From assembly GCA_051294905.1 (NCBI GenBank), contig CM119383.1, forward strand, positions 11,160,001 to 11,224,000: a stretch of DNA of 64,000 nt. Direction: 5' to 3'. Each line of letters starts with the position of its first letter. Within the stretch, counting starts at the first letter, position 1. The position numbers and the translations under genes were made by a program. The notes below the pieces were generated by a model, which made no database searches, was not told the origin of the DNA, and was given only the letters and a program-made list of their open reading frames with translations. Of the stretch, positions 23,991 through 35,751 are shown one piece after another. This stretch comes from Botryllus schlosseri. Its lineage: Eukaryota.

Positions 23991-25125
23991 TTATAACAGG
24001 CAGTTATGGGAGTGACTTCGTGGTATCACAAGAGGGTTCATCGCTGCTGAATGTAAGCTCCACATACTAGAAGTATCGTCACCCTGTCCTCGTACGTGTT
24101 TGCTGGTGACCTTGCGCTCGTTGATTTCATCGACGATATCAAAAAACCTTTCCATGCTTCTAGTGAGGCTTTTGGACTGATCAGTATTTTTTTCGAACAC
24201 TGTCTCCTGGATATATGCAAGAAAACGTGAAATTTCTGTAATAGAGAAGAGCCGCTGATTTAATCACTATAGCCTACCTGTGAAAGAGATAAAGGTCGAC
24301 CGATTTCGGTATGCTCCTCGATGTTGATGACTGCTGGTGCTGGTCGTTCATCATCAAGAAATTTCCCAGCTTCCACCTCAGTTGGCTTGCTTGCCGGTGG
24401 TCCCCGTGTTCTTCCACAACAATAACCACTCAGATTCGTTGAGAAACAGGCTAGACCCAATGACGAAGTAACAGTCGAGATCATTTTCATCTCGAGAGTT
24501 CTGTTTTCCACTTCGGTGATGAAAAAAACGACGAAGGTGTTGGAAAAACACCAGCCGATGAAGAGCGCAGACAACAAATTAGGATAAACTCCTTGACACC
24601 GACGATACTGGGACAATACCCCGAAAATCTATAACAAATATTAAAGCATGTATATTACTGGAACGAATTCCAAAATAACAGCAGTACGGAACTTACCAAT
24701 ATAAATTCGAATGCCACAGTTGTAGCTATTAAAACAGCAGGAGCATATCCCTCAACATGAATCCATCGGTGAACAGGAGATAGATGCTTCAGATTCGTGG
24801 ATAAGACGAGAGTACGCAGCATAGCGAGGCATCCAATCAAGATAAGTCCCCCGACCCCACATATCCCCACTGTAAAGCCGTGGATGACTAATGCTACCTT
24901 AAACGGAAATATTTACAATTATTAACAGTTCAATGTACACTTGATGTAATCGCAGTAGTAACCCAAGTCAAATAACAAGCAGTTTACGCGCCTTATGACC
25001 AATAGTCTATCGTTATTGTTTAAAAATATATAGAAATGCAATATAATCTGTCTTACCCTCGTCTTGGTAACTCGCTGCAACAACAGAGCAACTGCTGGTC
25101 CGCTCGAATCACTCTTCTTCTGCAT
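23991..25125 (-). CDS. Uncharacterised 4-TM membrane protein, paralogue A (278 aa, 4 exons: 25125-25057, 24897-24697, 24628-24278, 24206-23991)
   Basis: All three introns are phase-0 GT-AG and the frame is open. Four hydrophobic segments. Exon positions and the tail motif (FFDIVDEINERK..KHVRGQGDDTSSMWSL..RSHSHNCLL) are shared with the paralogue at 34-35.6 kb. Confidence 0.82.
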
Positions 25126-25272
25126 TTTCAAAGATGTACGCTGCGAACAAGCATCACGGAATGAATAATGTCTTTTTTTTCTGAAATTGGTGATTTTGCA
25201 GTTACAAAATTCTTTATGACGTAACAATAAAAATGGAAACTGATTTGAGTTACTTGATAATATAGTGCTGTG

Positions 25273-25675
25273 TAGGGTTGGATTTAAAACAAACATTTTT
25301 AAAACAAGGCCCTTGTTTAAAACATGTTTTTATTGCTTCTTTAGCCATGACGTCATGAATATTCAATTGTGACGCAATAGTCGATTGACAGTGACAATTG
25401 AAGATATGGGGTATAGCTCATTTGACGAGATATCTCGGTACTATAGCTGTTGAACCGACTATTTTGTGGGTTCCAACCAGCATGCCATGTATCGTATACG
25501 TCGGCTATAAATCGGGTAAGTAATTGTCCGTATAGGCTCATACAGCATGTTTTTTTGGAAAGCATTTACACAATCATGGCATGATTTTACAACCTAAAAA
25601 GACACAATTTTTTTCAAATTGCCTTTGTTTAAAACACTGTGTTTTAAACAGCAATTTGTTTCAAAGGCAACCCTA
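25273..25675. mobile_element. ~400-bp MITE, TIR TAGGGTTG/CAACCCTA
   Basis: TIRs plus flanking direct repeat TAGTGCTGTG/TAGTGTTGTG (9/10). Confidence 0.55.
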
Positions 25676-26098
25676 TAGTGTTGTGTGTAACTAACTTTTA
25701 TAGTAACTGCCTGGTATTCATACTCATACAATAGGCTATATCGGTTTCAACTTTCAACACTTATCAAAGTTATCACCAATAATGATAAATGTCGGTTGCA
25801 TGGAATTATATCTCCATATGGATTCAATATTTTAGTTTAACTTGCCATAATTTCGGTTATTTGGAGTTGCCGTTCAAAATCGCCTTGTACAATGAGATAT
25901 TACAATTTACGTGAATATAAGGTTTACTAGGGTTACCAGCATACGTCCTCTTTTAAAAGGATTTGTCCTCTATTTTGTCTTTTTCGAAAGTGTGTCCTCG
26001 GAGGACGCCCAAATCAGTAGCGTAGCAGCCACTTGGCGGTTCTGGCTCTGCGCCAGGGGCGACAGGCTCCAAGGGGGCGGCAAAATGAGGCTGCACAG

Positions 26099-26325
26099 TG
26101 AGAGAGAGAGAGAGAGATGGTATTCTTTTTCGCCTGCACCACCGAGATGCTTTGACGACGGAGATGCGATACGTACTTTATAGTAAGGTCATCTAGTCTG
26201 CACCCCCGTTTTTTCTCCTCCGTGATTGCTGAGTGCCTATAGCGGGATAACCGCGGATACCAGTTTTCGAGTATTCGGTCTGACCCGGTCGGGGATCGAA
26301 CCCACGACCGCACTGATTCCGAAAA
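26099..26325 (-). mobile_element. 5'-truncated tRNA-derived SINE with (CT)n tail
   Basis: Pol III B-box GGTTCGATCC at 26302-26293 in tRNA-like context, no A-box; microsatellite tail at 26099-26117. Confidence 0.6.
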
Positions 26326-26666
26326 CACGAATTAATATGTTAACATGACGATGGAACCACTCCGAAATATCCGTCAAGGCCGATTGTTCGGAGAGTTCGC
26401 AGAAAAAGGAGAATGCCTGGTGAAAAATCAGAAGACACTGTCCTCAGTGTTGTTGAAGAAGTTAGACGATGCATGTTTCAAGCTTTGGATAGATTTAAAA
26501 ACTTGAAGCTGAAACTAGGTTTACCGGCATACACCACTTAAATGATATGTTTGGAATTTTGAATGCACACGCGCTGCTGCAAAGCAAAAGTCACAATTTA
26601 TTCACCAGCGCTTTTAGAAGCACTTATGACGACGAGGTGGACTTTTTGGAATTACCTGTGTTATAG

Positions 26667-27035
26667 CAGGGGTTCTCAACCTTTTTTTAGACACTCCCCC
26701 TTTATGATAGTGAAAAATTTTGTGGCCCCTTATTGTCATATCACAAATCCAACCGGGATGCTAAAGTGAAAAATTTTGCGGCCCCTTATTGTCATATCAC
26801 AAATCCAACCGGGATGCTAACAACCCCAACATATTGTTTGATGGCTCGGAAGGTCATGACTGTTGATGAGAGAATTCAAATTAATGAAATTTGGTCTATA
26901 TATAGAGAAACACGCGTGAATCGGAGGTAAATCGCGGAGAGCGCGAATAAAATTCAGTTGACCGCTTCGTCGCACCCTCCTTTAGATGCTCTCACCCTCC
27001 CAAAGGGGGCGCGCCCTCCAAGTTGAGAACCACTG
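26667..27035. mobile_element. hAT (Charlie-like) MITE inserted into the transposase remnant
   Basis: TIR CAGGGGTTCTCAAC / GTTGAGAACCACTG; degenerate TSD (TGTTATAG/CCTTATAC); internal ~54-bp tandem duplication at 26709-26820. Confidence 0.75.
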
Positions 27036-28386
27036 CCTTATACCTTCGAATTAGGGATCATATAAATCATAAGATTGCTAGCTTTTCGTACAAACGAATA
27101 TGAGGCCTCCAGGACGAACACAAATTAAGATATAACCATATGAAGTTGTTCAACTTGAGCGGAGCAGCGAAACCACATTTGATCGTAGTGCAACAGCGTT
27201 TGATGTTTTACAGTGTTTAGTTAATGCAAAGCTACTGGATTCGACACCATAGTTATGCTCGTGCCTGAAACTTTATCTGACTATTGGTGTTTCAATTGCG
27301 AGCTGTGTGAGGAGCTTCTCAAAGCTCAAACTGATTAAGACTTATTTTCGTTCTACCATGAATGATGATCGGCTATCAGCTTTATCCATTCTGTCTATAG
27401 AAAGAGACTACGTTCAAAAAGTTGAATTTGAGGATATTATCGCTGATTTTGCTTTAAGGCGGCTATTGATTTTCTATTTGCACAATACATTCGTTTTTAT
27501 TATTTTTGGCCTTATTAACATTGAGTCGGTGAGGGTGAGACGCGGCATATTATTTGTAATTATTTTTATTGACAATATTGCCTGAACATGAATCTTATGT
27601 CGAAATTTCCTGCGGGCGGCATTTTAAGCGAGAGCCAGGGGCGGCAGCACATGCTGCTACGCCAGTGGCCCAAATGTCCTCTTTTTTTGAGATTTTATCC
27701 TCTTTTTTGAGAAATACAGTAGGCCTAAATAAGCACTGAAGGAACGCTCCGGTGGCTATTTCGGGAGCTGGGCCCGAACGTTGAACTTTTTTCTTATTTT
27801 TTTCTTAGTCAACCAACTAATAATGTGAAGGAAAAACTGTATTTTGAGAGCTGAGCCAGAAAGTTGACCTTTTCATTTTTAGTCAACCGACCACGTAGTG
27901 TAAAAATTTTACCATTTTTTTTAGGAGTCTTCTTCGGTATTGCAAGTCTGAAAATTTTGAAAAGTGTCCCTTTTTCACAGTTTGAAATATGGTAACCCTA
28001 GATCATTACGCCTGAAGTCAAATTCGAGTCATCTACTTTTATATTCGAATTACCTGGTTGGATATCATGGATTCAAAACGTCGACCAACAAGTATTATTC
28101 GAGTCGATTTTGAATCAGTGTTAGTTATTGACGTAAACATCAGACATTTATTGTTAGGCCAAACATAAAATTTGACTGGAGGTGACGATAATATGACCTG
28201 TAAAGGCCTTTGTTACTCGTCACCTCATTGGCCAATCCTTAAATTAATCATCCAAGAGCTTATAAGTGTTCGTCGAGCATAATAACGCGAGGCAGCTGAT
28301 CGGGCCTATAGTTAAATGCATGTGTATATCGCCACAGCCTATACTACGATATGTAGGCCTGCTTATATGATTACTTAGGTCTATGC

Positions 28387-29126
28387 CAGGGACGGGCAAC
28401 ATACGGTCCGCGGGTCGGATCCGGCCCGCGGACAGTTTCCCATCTTATATGATAATGTGGCCCGCGGCCCGAGTCTGCGAAGATTCCCCACTATACTTGC
28501 TCAAATTTTAGTGACTGCATGTTATTATATACGTGTGTGCGCAGCGTGCGAGGGTGGAGCGTAAGTTCGTCGAAGCGAGAAGGCTTGCATTATCATAATT
28601 TACGATGAACCCAACCCTAATGAATTGATACCTTGCTAAATTTGTGATACCGGGCGATGTTCCATATAATTTTACACAAGTCTGCGCGCACTCACCAACT
28701 CACTTCGCGGTCCCATGGACAACAGTGCGTAACAAGTAAAAATAGGGTCATCACTTCGGCTTTTTGTGCACAGCTCAAATTTTCTATGCGCAGAGACCGT
28801 GTCAGCCGCGTAATTGCGCAAGCGCGCAACTTATATAGAGGGCTTATCGAGCGCCTTGAAATCTTTATCAAGGATTGCACCGTGTGTTAATTAATCGGAG
28901 ACGCCTGTGTGACAATGCTGTTCTCAATCCACGTTGCCTTCGTCATTATCAGCGAGAAATGGCTTTGAAGTGACTTTGCTGCCGTTAAAATACATTCATC
29001 AAATACGATTTATTCGTTGTATTTGTAGATAAATGGGTGAATAATGTATCAATTCAGCAATCAGGCCCGCCAAGTACCTAATTTTCCTATATCCGGCCCG
29101 CCGTCTGGAGAAGTTGCCCGCCCCTG
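28387..29126. mobile_element. hAT (Charlie-like) non-autonomous element, 740 bp
   Basis: TIR CAGGGACGGGCAAC / GTTGCCCGCCCCTG; GGCCCGC subterminal motifs; TSD GTCTATGC/GTCTGTGT (6/8). Confidence 0.75.
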
Positions 29127-29389
29127 GTCTGTGTACTAATAGTATGTCTACATTTATGCTGGAAAATATTATTTTGCTTCCATATCGACTTTCCATCTCG
29201 GCTACTGACATAATGTATTCGCATGCGTAATGACCCGACCACCCAAACGCGATGATTCCTACATTCCAGGTAATATGATACGAAATATGTATTATGCACG
29301 AAGACGGCGCTATATGCAGACATCCCGCATAAATATACAAAGTACAATTGGACATACGAATGAAAATATAAAAGAAAATAAGTATAAAG

Positions 29390-31093
29390 CAGTGGTTCCC
29401 AACCTTTTTCGGTGTCGGGGCCAAATTTAAAATTCCAGAGTACGGTCGGGGCCGCACAAATACCAGGGCAATGAAACGGACCCAAAATAGTCATCAAAAT
29501 ATGAAAATTGGCATTGTTCTGATCAATCGCTCGAGGCCATTGGCCATTGTTAAGTTCTTTGTGTTGCTGCGCTCCCATTGTTCAGAACAATCGACCTTTG
29601 GTGGCTATTTCGGAGCAGTTTTATTGCCCTGGCGAGATTTCAATTCGTATTTTTAGAATCAGTACGACAGTAGCTTTCAAATTATTCGGACACTCCGGTC
29701 GTGAGCTGTAGGACTACCAATTATGCTACTTTCGGGGCCGTTTAGTGAGTGAGCTTTTATTGCCTAAACGCGCGAAGCGCGAAAATTTTCTGTAATTCAT
29801 AATTGAATCAGTCAACATGATCGGTAATTGCATGTATATTGCTATCAAGTTTTATCCTCTCTCTGCTCACGTAATCAGTTTTACAGGTAGAGCCGAGGGA
29901 GGTGTGTTTGAAAAGGTAAGACCCCTCAATAATAATTTAACATCTCCGGGCGTATATCCGTTGGCAGGAACAAAAAGGCACTTCGTGAGCCTCCCTCCCC
30001 AAAAAAACCTTTGGTCTTGGGCTCCCATAGGGTGAAAAACCTACCCCTACCACCTTGTTCGCTTTTACCACAAAATTAGCGGTACCGTTAAGTGAGCCAG
30101 CGCGAGGCGCGAAATTTTCGATAATTTATGATAAAATCGATCAATATTATTGGGAATTGCATATTGCTATAAATTTCTTGTCCTCGCTGCTCACGTAATC
30201 ATATTTACCGGTAGAGCTAAGTGAGGTGTCTTGGACACTGCAGAACCCGTTGGTATGACCCCGTAATATGATATTATTTCGTAACCTGCTGTCTGCTATA
30301 TCAAAAAATATAGAATAACCCAAACGTATGCTACTAAACTAAGAGGCGCGCACTATTTCAAATTGGTATTTCTTCACTGGAATATAATTTTTCCCTGCGG
30401 CATGCTATGTGTCTTGTGTGGCTCAGATTTCCAAGACAGTATTTTGTATATATAACGAAGCTTCGGTCAGCATAAGGGCACTCCTTTTTGGCCAAGGTTT
30501 TCTCGCTGCCAATCTTTCTGACACACTTCTTGGAGTCGCATGTTACATGGCGTAAAACTTAATATGTCTTGGTGCGTCGTGGCGCGGTAATGACAAACGC
30601 CGATACGACCATTTCGATAAATATATTTTTTGGGGGGATGAGTACCCAAAAGTCAAGATATTGGGCAGCTTGGCAGCATGAAATGATGCCTAGAGTAAAA
30701 AGATGCACAAATTTTCAAAAAATACTCTATAATTTATACTTATTCACGAAATAATTTTGAGCCCCCTTCGAGCTCGCCCCCCCCCCCCCAATAGGAGGGT
30801 GTGTCGTGCCGCAGTTATGGTCCTGTCTATACCTATATCTATAGCAATTGCTCGTTCAACTGGAAAGTTAGGGCACATTGCAGTGAAACAGCAGCGACGT
30901 AACGTTAGTAGTCTACTTACGACTATCCTGCAATCCTAATTAAAAACTTCAGACTCCAAGCCAAGTACGTGCATTTCATAAATGTAAAATTTTATTTTTG
31001 GTCAATACTCGATTTCTTAATATTTTGTGGGGGCCGCAAGAAGGCTATCTGCGGGCCGCATGCGGCCCTCAGGGCCGCGGTTGGGAATCACTG
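29390..31093. mobile_element. hAT non-autonomous element, 1704 bp, perfect TSD GTATAAAG
   Basis: TIR CAGTGGTTCCCAACC / GGTTGGGAATCACTG; TSD at 29382-29389 and 31094-31101; empty site in the duplicate unit near 34083; internal direct repeat ~29740-29920 vs ~30085-30245. Confidence 0.88.
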
Positions 31094-31116
31094 GTATAAA
31101 GGCTATATAACAGCCT

Positions 31117-32288
31117 TCAAATCAGTCTCATTTCAAGACACCTGGAGTATAGGCAATCATGCGATTGACTCTTTCTGACAGGGCTTGCTGGCGCCAGTGC
31201 CTCTTTTATTCGGTTTATTGTGCTCTCGTCAATTTATTCATCGATGAGGCTCAGGAACTTCTCGACTCTATCATTCAACATTTTTGTCTCTTCCAGATTT
31301 CTTTCGAATACTGAAACCTAGACAGGAAGCGGAATCTTTATGACGCGTACTCGCAGCGATTTACTGATTTCTAGACTGACCTCAGGAGCCGATACGGGAT
31401 AGTAGTCTTGCCAGATTTTGCGCATTCTGGCGAGAGTCTTTTCCTCGCCCAGGTATTTATGCTTCCATTCAGCCTGATTCCTGACATTGTGTTTGGTCAG
31501 ACTCCACCAATAGCGTGTAACGTTAGCGAGGATGTGGACAACCCATAAGACACAGTGAAGATCGACACGAGTTTTACCGCCGGGGTTCTGTTCTCCGATC
31601 CGATTAGGTAAAACACCATAAAGGCGCTCGATAAACACCATCCGACGAAGAGCCCGCTCGAGTAAGTATGCCATGTTTGCCAACGCTCGAGAAATACGCT
31701 GAGAAACCCTAAAATCTGTAGAAAGCGAGATAATATAATATTTTGTGACACTCCATACTATATTTTAAACATTTGTTACCAATAGAACCTCGAAAACGAA
31801 GGTGGTGACTATGATAGCACCGTTTGTGTGGTAATCCATTTCCGCAATGGAAACTCCTTCAGGAATCAGCGGGATAAGCAATTCATCCAGCGCGCCCAGA
31901 TAGAATAGTATGGGTAACGCAAATCCAATGGCGACGCAAATAATAGTCGTGTGCATGAAGAACGCTTTCTGCAAGGTATAATACAGAGCAGCGATGAATC
32001 TCGTATTCCATGAAGAATCTACATTGTATATATATATAAATATATCCATATGCCGCGCCGGTATAAGTTTCTATATCTGTAACACTTTCTCCACGTAGTT
32101 ACAGGGTATGACCTTGCCCACACGCATTAATTGTAATGACGCATTTTTGTGATATCAATGTATAATGGGTATGCGATAATAAATAGAGCAATGTGCGACG
32201 AATAATATTTTCTTACCCTCCGTTTCCTTTGTAGCGATTCTGATATGTTCAGATGTTCGTTTCAATCCATTTTCTTCCGCAATTTCAT
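31117..32288 (-). pseudogene. Pseudogene of the 4-TM family (paralogue B; exons 32288-32217, 31968-31780, 31715-31381, from 31317)
   Basis: Relative to paralogue C: TTA>TGA at codon 9 (32264-32262); 1-bp deletion at ~31540 (exon 3 is 335 nt); in-frame TAA insertion at 31236-31234; loss of the KHVRG...MWSL motif. Confidence 0.85.
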
Positions 32289-33268
32289 TGACTATAGCGT
32301 CGAGAATGGGCATCAGAGAATGAATAGGATCGATTTTTTGCTGGATTTGTTATTAAGGAATTACAATCGCATATTGTGACGTCATACTTGACATTCCATC
32401 GAAAGCCAGCGGATATGCAGAGTGTCAAACAGGATAAAATGGTTGTCTGTCGCTCGGTCGGAGATGGCAGTTGGAGGCGTGTTGGCCATGTTTCAATGAT
32501 TGTGATTCTGAAATTATATTCTACACGCGTAACACCAGACTGCAGTAGTATAACCAAAGTCGAATCGCACAGTAAAGCAACACTTTGCCTCGACTCGGAC
32601 GTAATAAACTGCATTTTCTTGCTAGCAGCACTTCTAGTGATGGCTCTCGAAATCGAATTCCAAGGTGATTCGGTTCCGAGTCGACTATCAAGCTACGAAT
32701 CGAGTATTCGCGTATCACCTATTGTTATACGTCATATACTAATCGCCATAATTTTGAATGTGCACCGCTTTAAGAGCACAAGGAAAGTAATGTCTGTTAC
32801 ACGTCATCCAAAATAATTTTGCATTTCTTGACTATTTCATTGCGCTTTTGAATCGGGCTGCGTATCGATCACCAGTTTAGCTCAAAGAAATACCGTTTAC
32901 TGGATTCGAAGGTGGCTATATACGCAGGGTTCATATTCGGGGTTTACGCATAATGACAATAAAGACTGCAAATACGTGCAATTTTCGAATATACATTCAG
33001 CTACCGTGATATTAGGAGCATTTAGGCAGTCGTTATGCCATAATATAACTCCTAAACTGCTATCTATACTTTGACAAAATCCTGAGCGTGAATACAAGTA
33101 GTTTTACCAACAAAATAAATAGAAGTGGAAGTAATCTAAAGGAGTGGACATTACTTGGGTAAAGACCGGAAGTAGGCAAAAGTACTCCGAAGAAGTGGAA
33201 GTAGGCTACTTTGTTACTGAAGACCTAATCCGGAGAAATTATAGATGACGGGGCATATGGTTAATGCA

Positions 33269-33677
33269 TTGTGGTCTATCAAGTATACATGCCGGACCCC
33301 AACTGTGGAACAGCATCTCGCCAGCTATCCGACAGTCGTCGAGCATGTCCGGCGTCCGCATGCAAGTCGAATTACAAGCAATTTCCTCTCAATGAATAGC
33401 GTACTAGTCAGCCTTCAGGATTACCGGACCACGACCAAACATCGATCTCGCCTTCCGCCGCATGCCACCTCATTTTGTCACTTGCCTTTTATATTCTCTG
33501 CTTTACTTTTCATTCAGTGTCCATGGCTTTTCTTTACTTCGCCTAGGCCAAGATGGATGTCTGATCTCAGACTACTCCACGTCGTTTCGACACCTTCCTA
33601 TCTTTTCATCGCAGTTTTGTGGTGTTTTGAAATGATGACAATGTTAATAAAACTGATTGATTGATTGCACATTTTAT
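33269..33677. mobile_element. Unclassified ~410-bp interspersed element; inverted relative at ~38580-38870
   Basis: Absent from the duplicate unit at ~36985; flanked by TAATGCA direct repeat; ends near a (TGAT)3 tail; its core ~33275-33570 aligns to the reverse complement of a MED12 intron segment. Confidence 0.55.
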
Positions 33678-34120
33678 AATGCATATTTCCCTAACATGTT
33701 GTGTACTGAATTACCAAGTCAATCTCCGGTATTTAATCATTTCAATAATACTCAAATTTCGAAAAGTTTCGCAGCGTATACGTACGTATAAGTGCATAAT
33801 TACTTCGGTCTCAGCATGTAAACATTTAGGTTGGAAATATCATTCTGCTTCCATATCGGTTTTCTGTGTCATCAATCCCAAAATATTGTTGATATAGTGT
33901 ATTCTCACACGTAATGACCTAACCACAAACCACCCAAACTCGATGCTTCCGGCATTCAAGTCAATATGATACGAGATATGTATTATACACTGAAGTGGCG
34001 CTATGCCGACATTCCGCACTGAAGCCGTGCTTAATTATGTAAAATACAATTGGACATTCGCATGAAACTATAAAAGAAAATGAGTAAAGACTGTACAACA
34101 GTCATCAAAACCCTCCCGGT

Positions 34121-35631
34121 TCAACACATGCTGCCGTGGAATAGGCAATCCTGCGAATGACTCTTTCTGATAACGACAGGGCTCGCTGGCACCTGCAAGC
34201 TCCACATGCTTGATGTCCTGTCGCCCATTCCGCGGACATGTTTTATTCTGTTCATTTTCCTCTCGTCAATTTCGTCGACTAGGTTCAGGAATTTATTGAC
34301 TTTTTCAGTCAACTTTTTTGTCTCTTCCAGATTTCTTTCGAAGACTGAAACCTAGCAACGATATGGGTTTCATTTTAGATTGTTTCACGTACTCGCGGCG
34401 AATCGCTGATTTTTAGACTGACCTCGGGAGCCGATACATAGTCTTCCCGGTATTTGCGCGTTCTAGCGAGTGATTTTTCCTCGGCCAGGTACTTTCGCCT
34501 CAACTCAGCCTGCTTCCAGACATTGTGTTTGGCCCGACTCCACCAGTATCGTGTGGCGTTAGCGAGTATGTGGACGAGCCCATAAGATACATTAAAGATT
34601 GACACGAGTTTTACGGCAGGGGCTCTGTTCTCTGATTCGATGAGGTAGAACACTATAAAGGCGCTCGATAAGCACCATCCGACGAAGAGCCCACTCGCGT
34701 AAGTATGCCATGTTCGCCCACGTTCAAGAAATACGCTAAAGAATCCTAAAATCTGTAGAAAGTAAGATCATATAATATTTTGCGACATTCCATATACTAT
34801 TTCAAACATTGCTTACCAATAGAACCTCGAAAACGAAGGTGGTGACTATGATAGCACCATCATTAGCATAGTAATCCATTTCCGTTGCGGAAACTTCGTC
34901 AATCAGCGGGAGAAGCAATTCATCCAGTGCTCCGAGATAAAATAGCACGAGTAACGCAAATCCAACGGCGGCGCAAATAATAGTCGCTATAGTGTGCATG
35001 AGGAATGCTGTCTGCAAGGTACAGAGCAGCCATGAGTCCACATTGAAGATATATATATCCTTACCGCGCCAGTATAAGTTTCTATATCTCAACAGTTCTC
35101 CACATAGTTATAGGTAGTGGTGGCTTTTGGGGTGCGCGAGGTGGGCGGTCGCCCGCCCCCCCCCCCCTGGTCGAAGGGCCCCCCTCTTTGGTTTTACCGC
35201 TTTTTTCAAAGGTTGTGGCGAATAGAAGTGGAAATCCTTGTACCAATCAAGAAAACGATTCCGTCCATATGAGTAAATCATCAAATCTCCGCATTTGTTA
35301 TTAAGTCCAATATGACGACAATCATGAAGTCTCCGCATGCCTGTTAAGCTGGTAGGCGAAGCCCCCCAGATGCCGCGATTACATACTTATAGCCCCCGGA
35401 AGTCTCGCCCAGGGCCCCCAATCGTAGGGCCACCACTGGTTACAGGGTATGCCCATTGCCCACACGCATTGCTCGTAATGACGCATTTTTGTGATATCGA
35501 TATTTAGTAAATAATGCGATAATAAACAGAGCAATGTGTGATAATAAATATTTTCTTACTCTCTGCTTCCTTTGTAGCGATTCTGTTACATTCAGATGTT
35601 CGTTTAAATCCATTTTCTTCCGCATATCCAT
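34121..35631 (-). CDS. Uncharacterised 4-TM membrane protein, paralogue C (275 aa, 4 exons: 35631-35560, 35011-34817, 34752-34423, 34351-34121)
   Basis: Phase-0 GT-AG introns and open frame MDMRKKMDLNEH...RKQR|TAFLMHTIATIICAAVGFALLVLFYLG...EVLL|ILGFFSVFLERGRTWHTYASGLFVGWCLSSAFIVFY...APE|VSVFERN...RKSHSQDCLFHGSMC. Intron 3 is 71 nt, as in paralogue A. Confidence 0.85.
35115..35438. mobile_element. hAT-type MITE (same family as 21622-21996) in intron 1 of paralogue C
   Basis: TIR TAGTGGTGGC/GCCACCACTG; TSD GTTATAGG/GTTACAGG; single GTTACAGG at the homologous site 32098-32105. Confidence 0.85.
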
Positions 35632-35751
35632 TGACTATGGCATCAGAGAATCTGTGATACAGATTTTATCTGGATTTGTTATTAGGGAATTACAACTCCA
35701 TATTGTGACGCCATAGTTGACATTTCATCGATCGAGTCAGTGCATATGCAG

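Larger units (their letters stand above)
26015..27667 (+). mobile_element. Degenerate, internally deleted hAT transposon with transposase remnants
   Basis: TIR CAGTAGCGTAGCAGC / GCTGCTACGCCAGTG (13/15), 8-bp TSD GCCCAAAT. Remnants RMPGEKSEDTVLSVVEEVRRCMFQALDRF (~26410-26500) and the hATC dimerisation region LKLYLTIGVSIASCVRSFSKLKLIKTYFRSTMNDDRLSALSILSIE (from 27265); in-frame stops present. Confidence 0.85.
25928..28000. mobile_element. MITE of the 20184 family (TAGGGTTACC...GGTAACCCTA) split by a nested hAT insertion
   Basis: Left part 25928-26014 and right part 27668-28000 align with 20184-20634. Confidence 0.8.

Noticed and set aside
26280-26325. tRNA gene
   Set aside because: Only a B-box arm; no A-box or cloverleaf, and it is followed by a SINE-like body and tail.
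27307-27585. 92-aa ORF as a functional gene
   Set aside because: It is a transposase C-terminal remnant with upstream stops inside a deleted hAT.
34352-34392. 41-nt intron 3 in paralogue C (donor GTACGT)
   Set aside because: The upstream GAG|GTCAGT donor is stronger and gives 71 nt, matching paralogue A.
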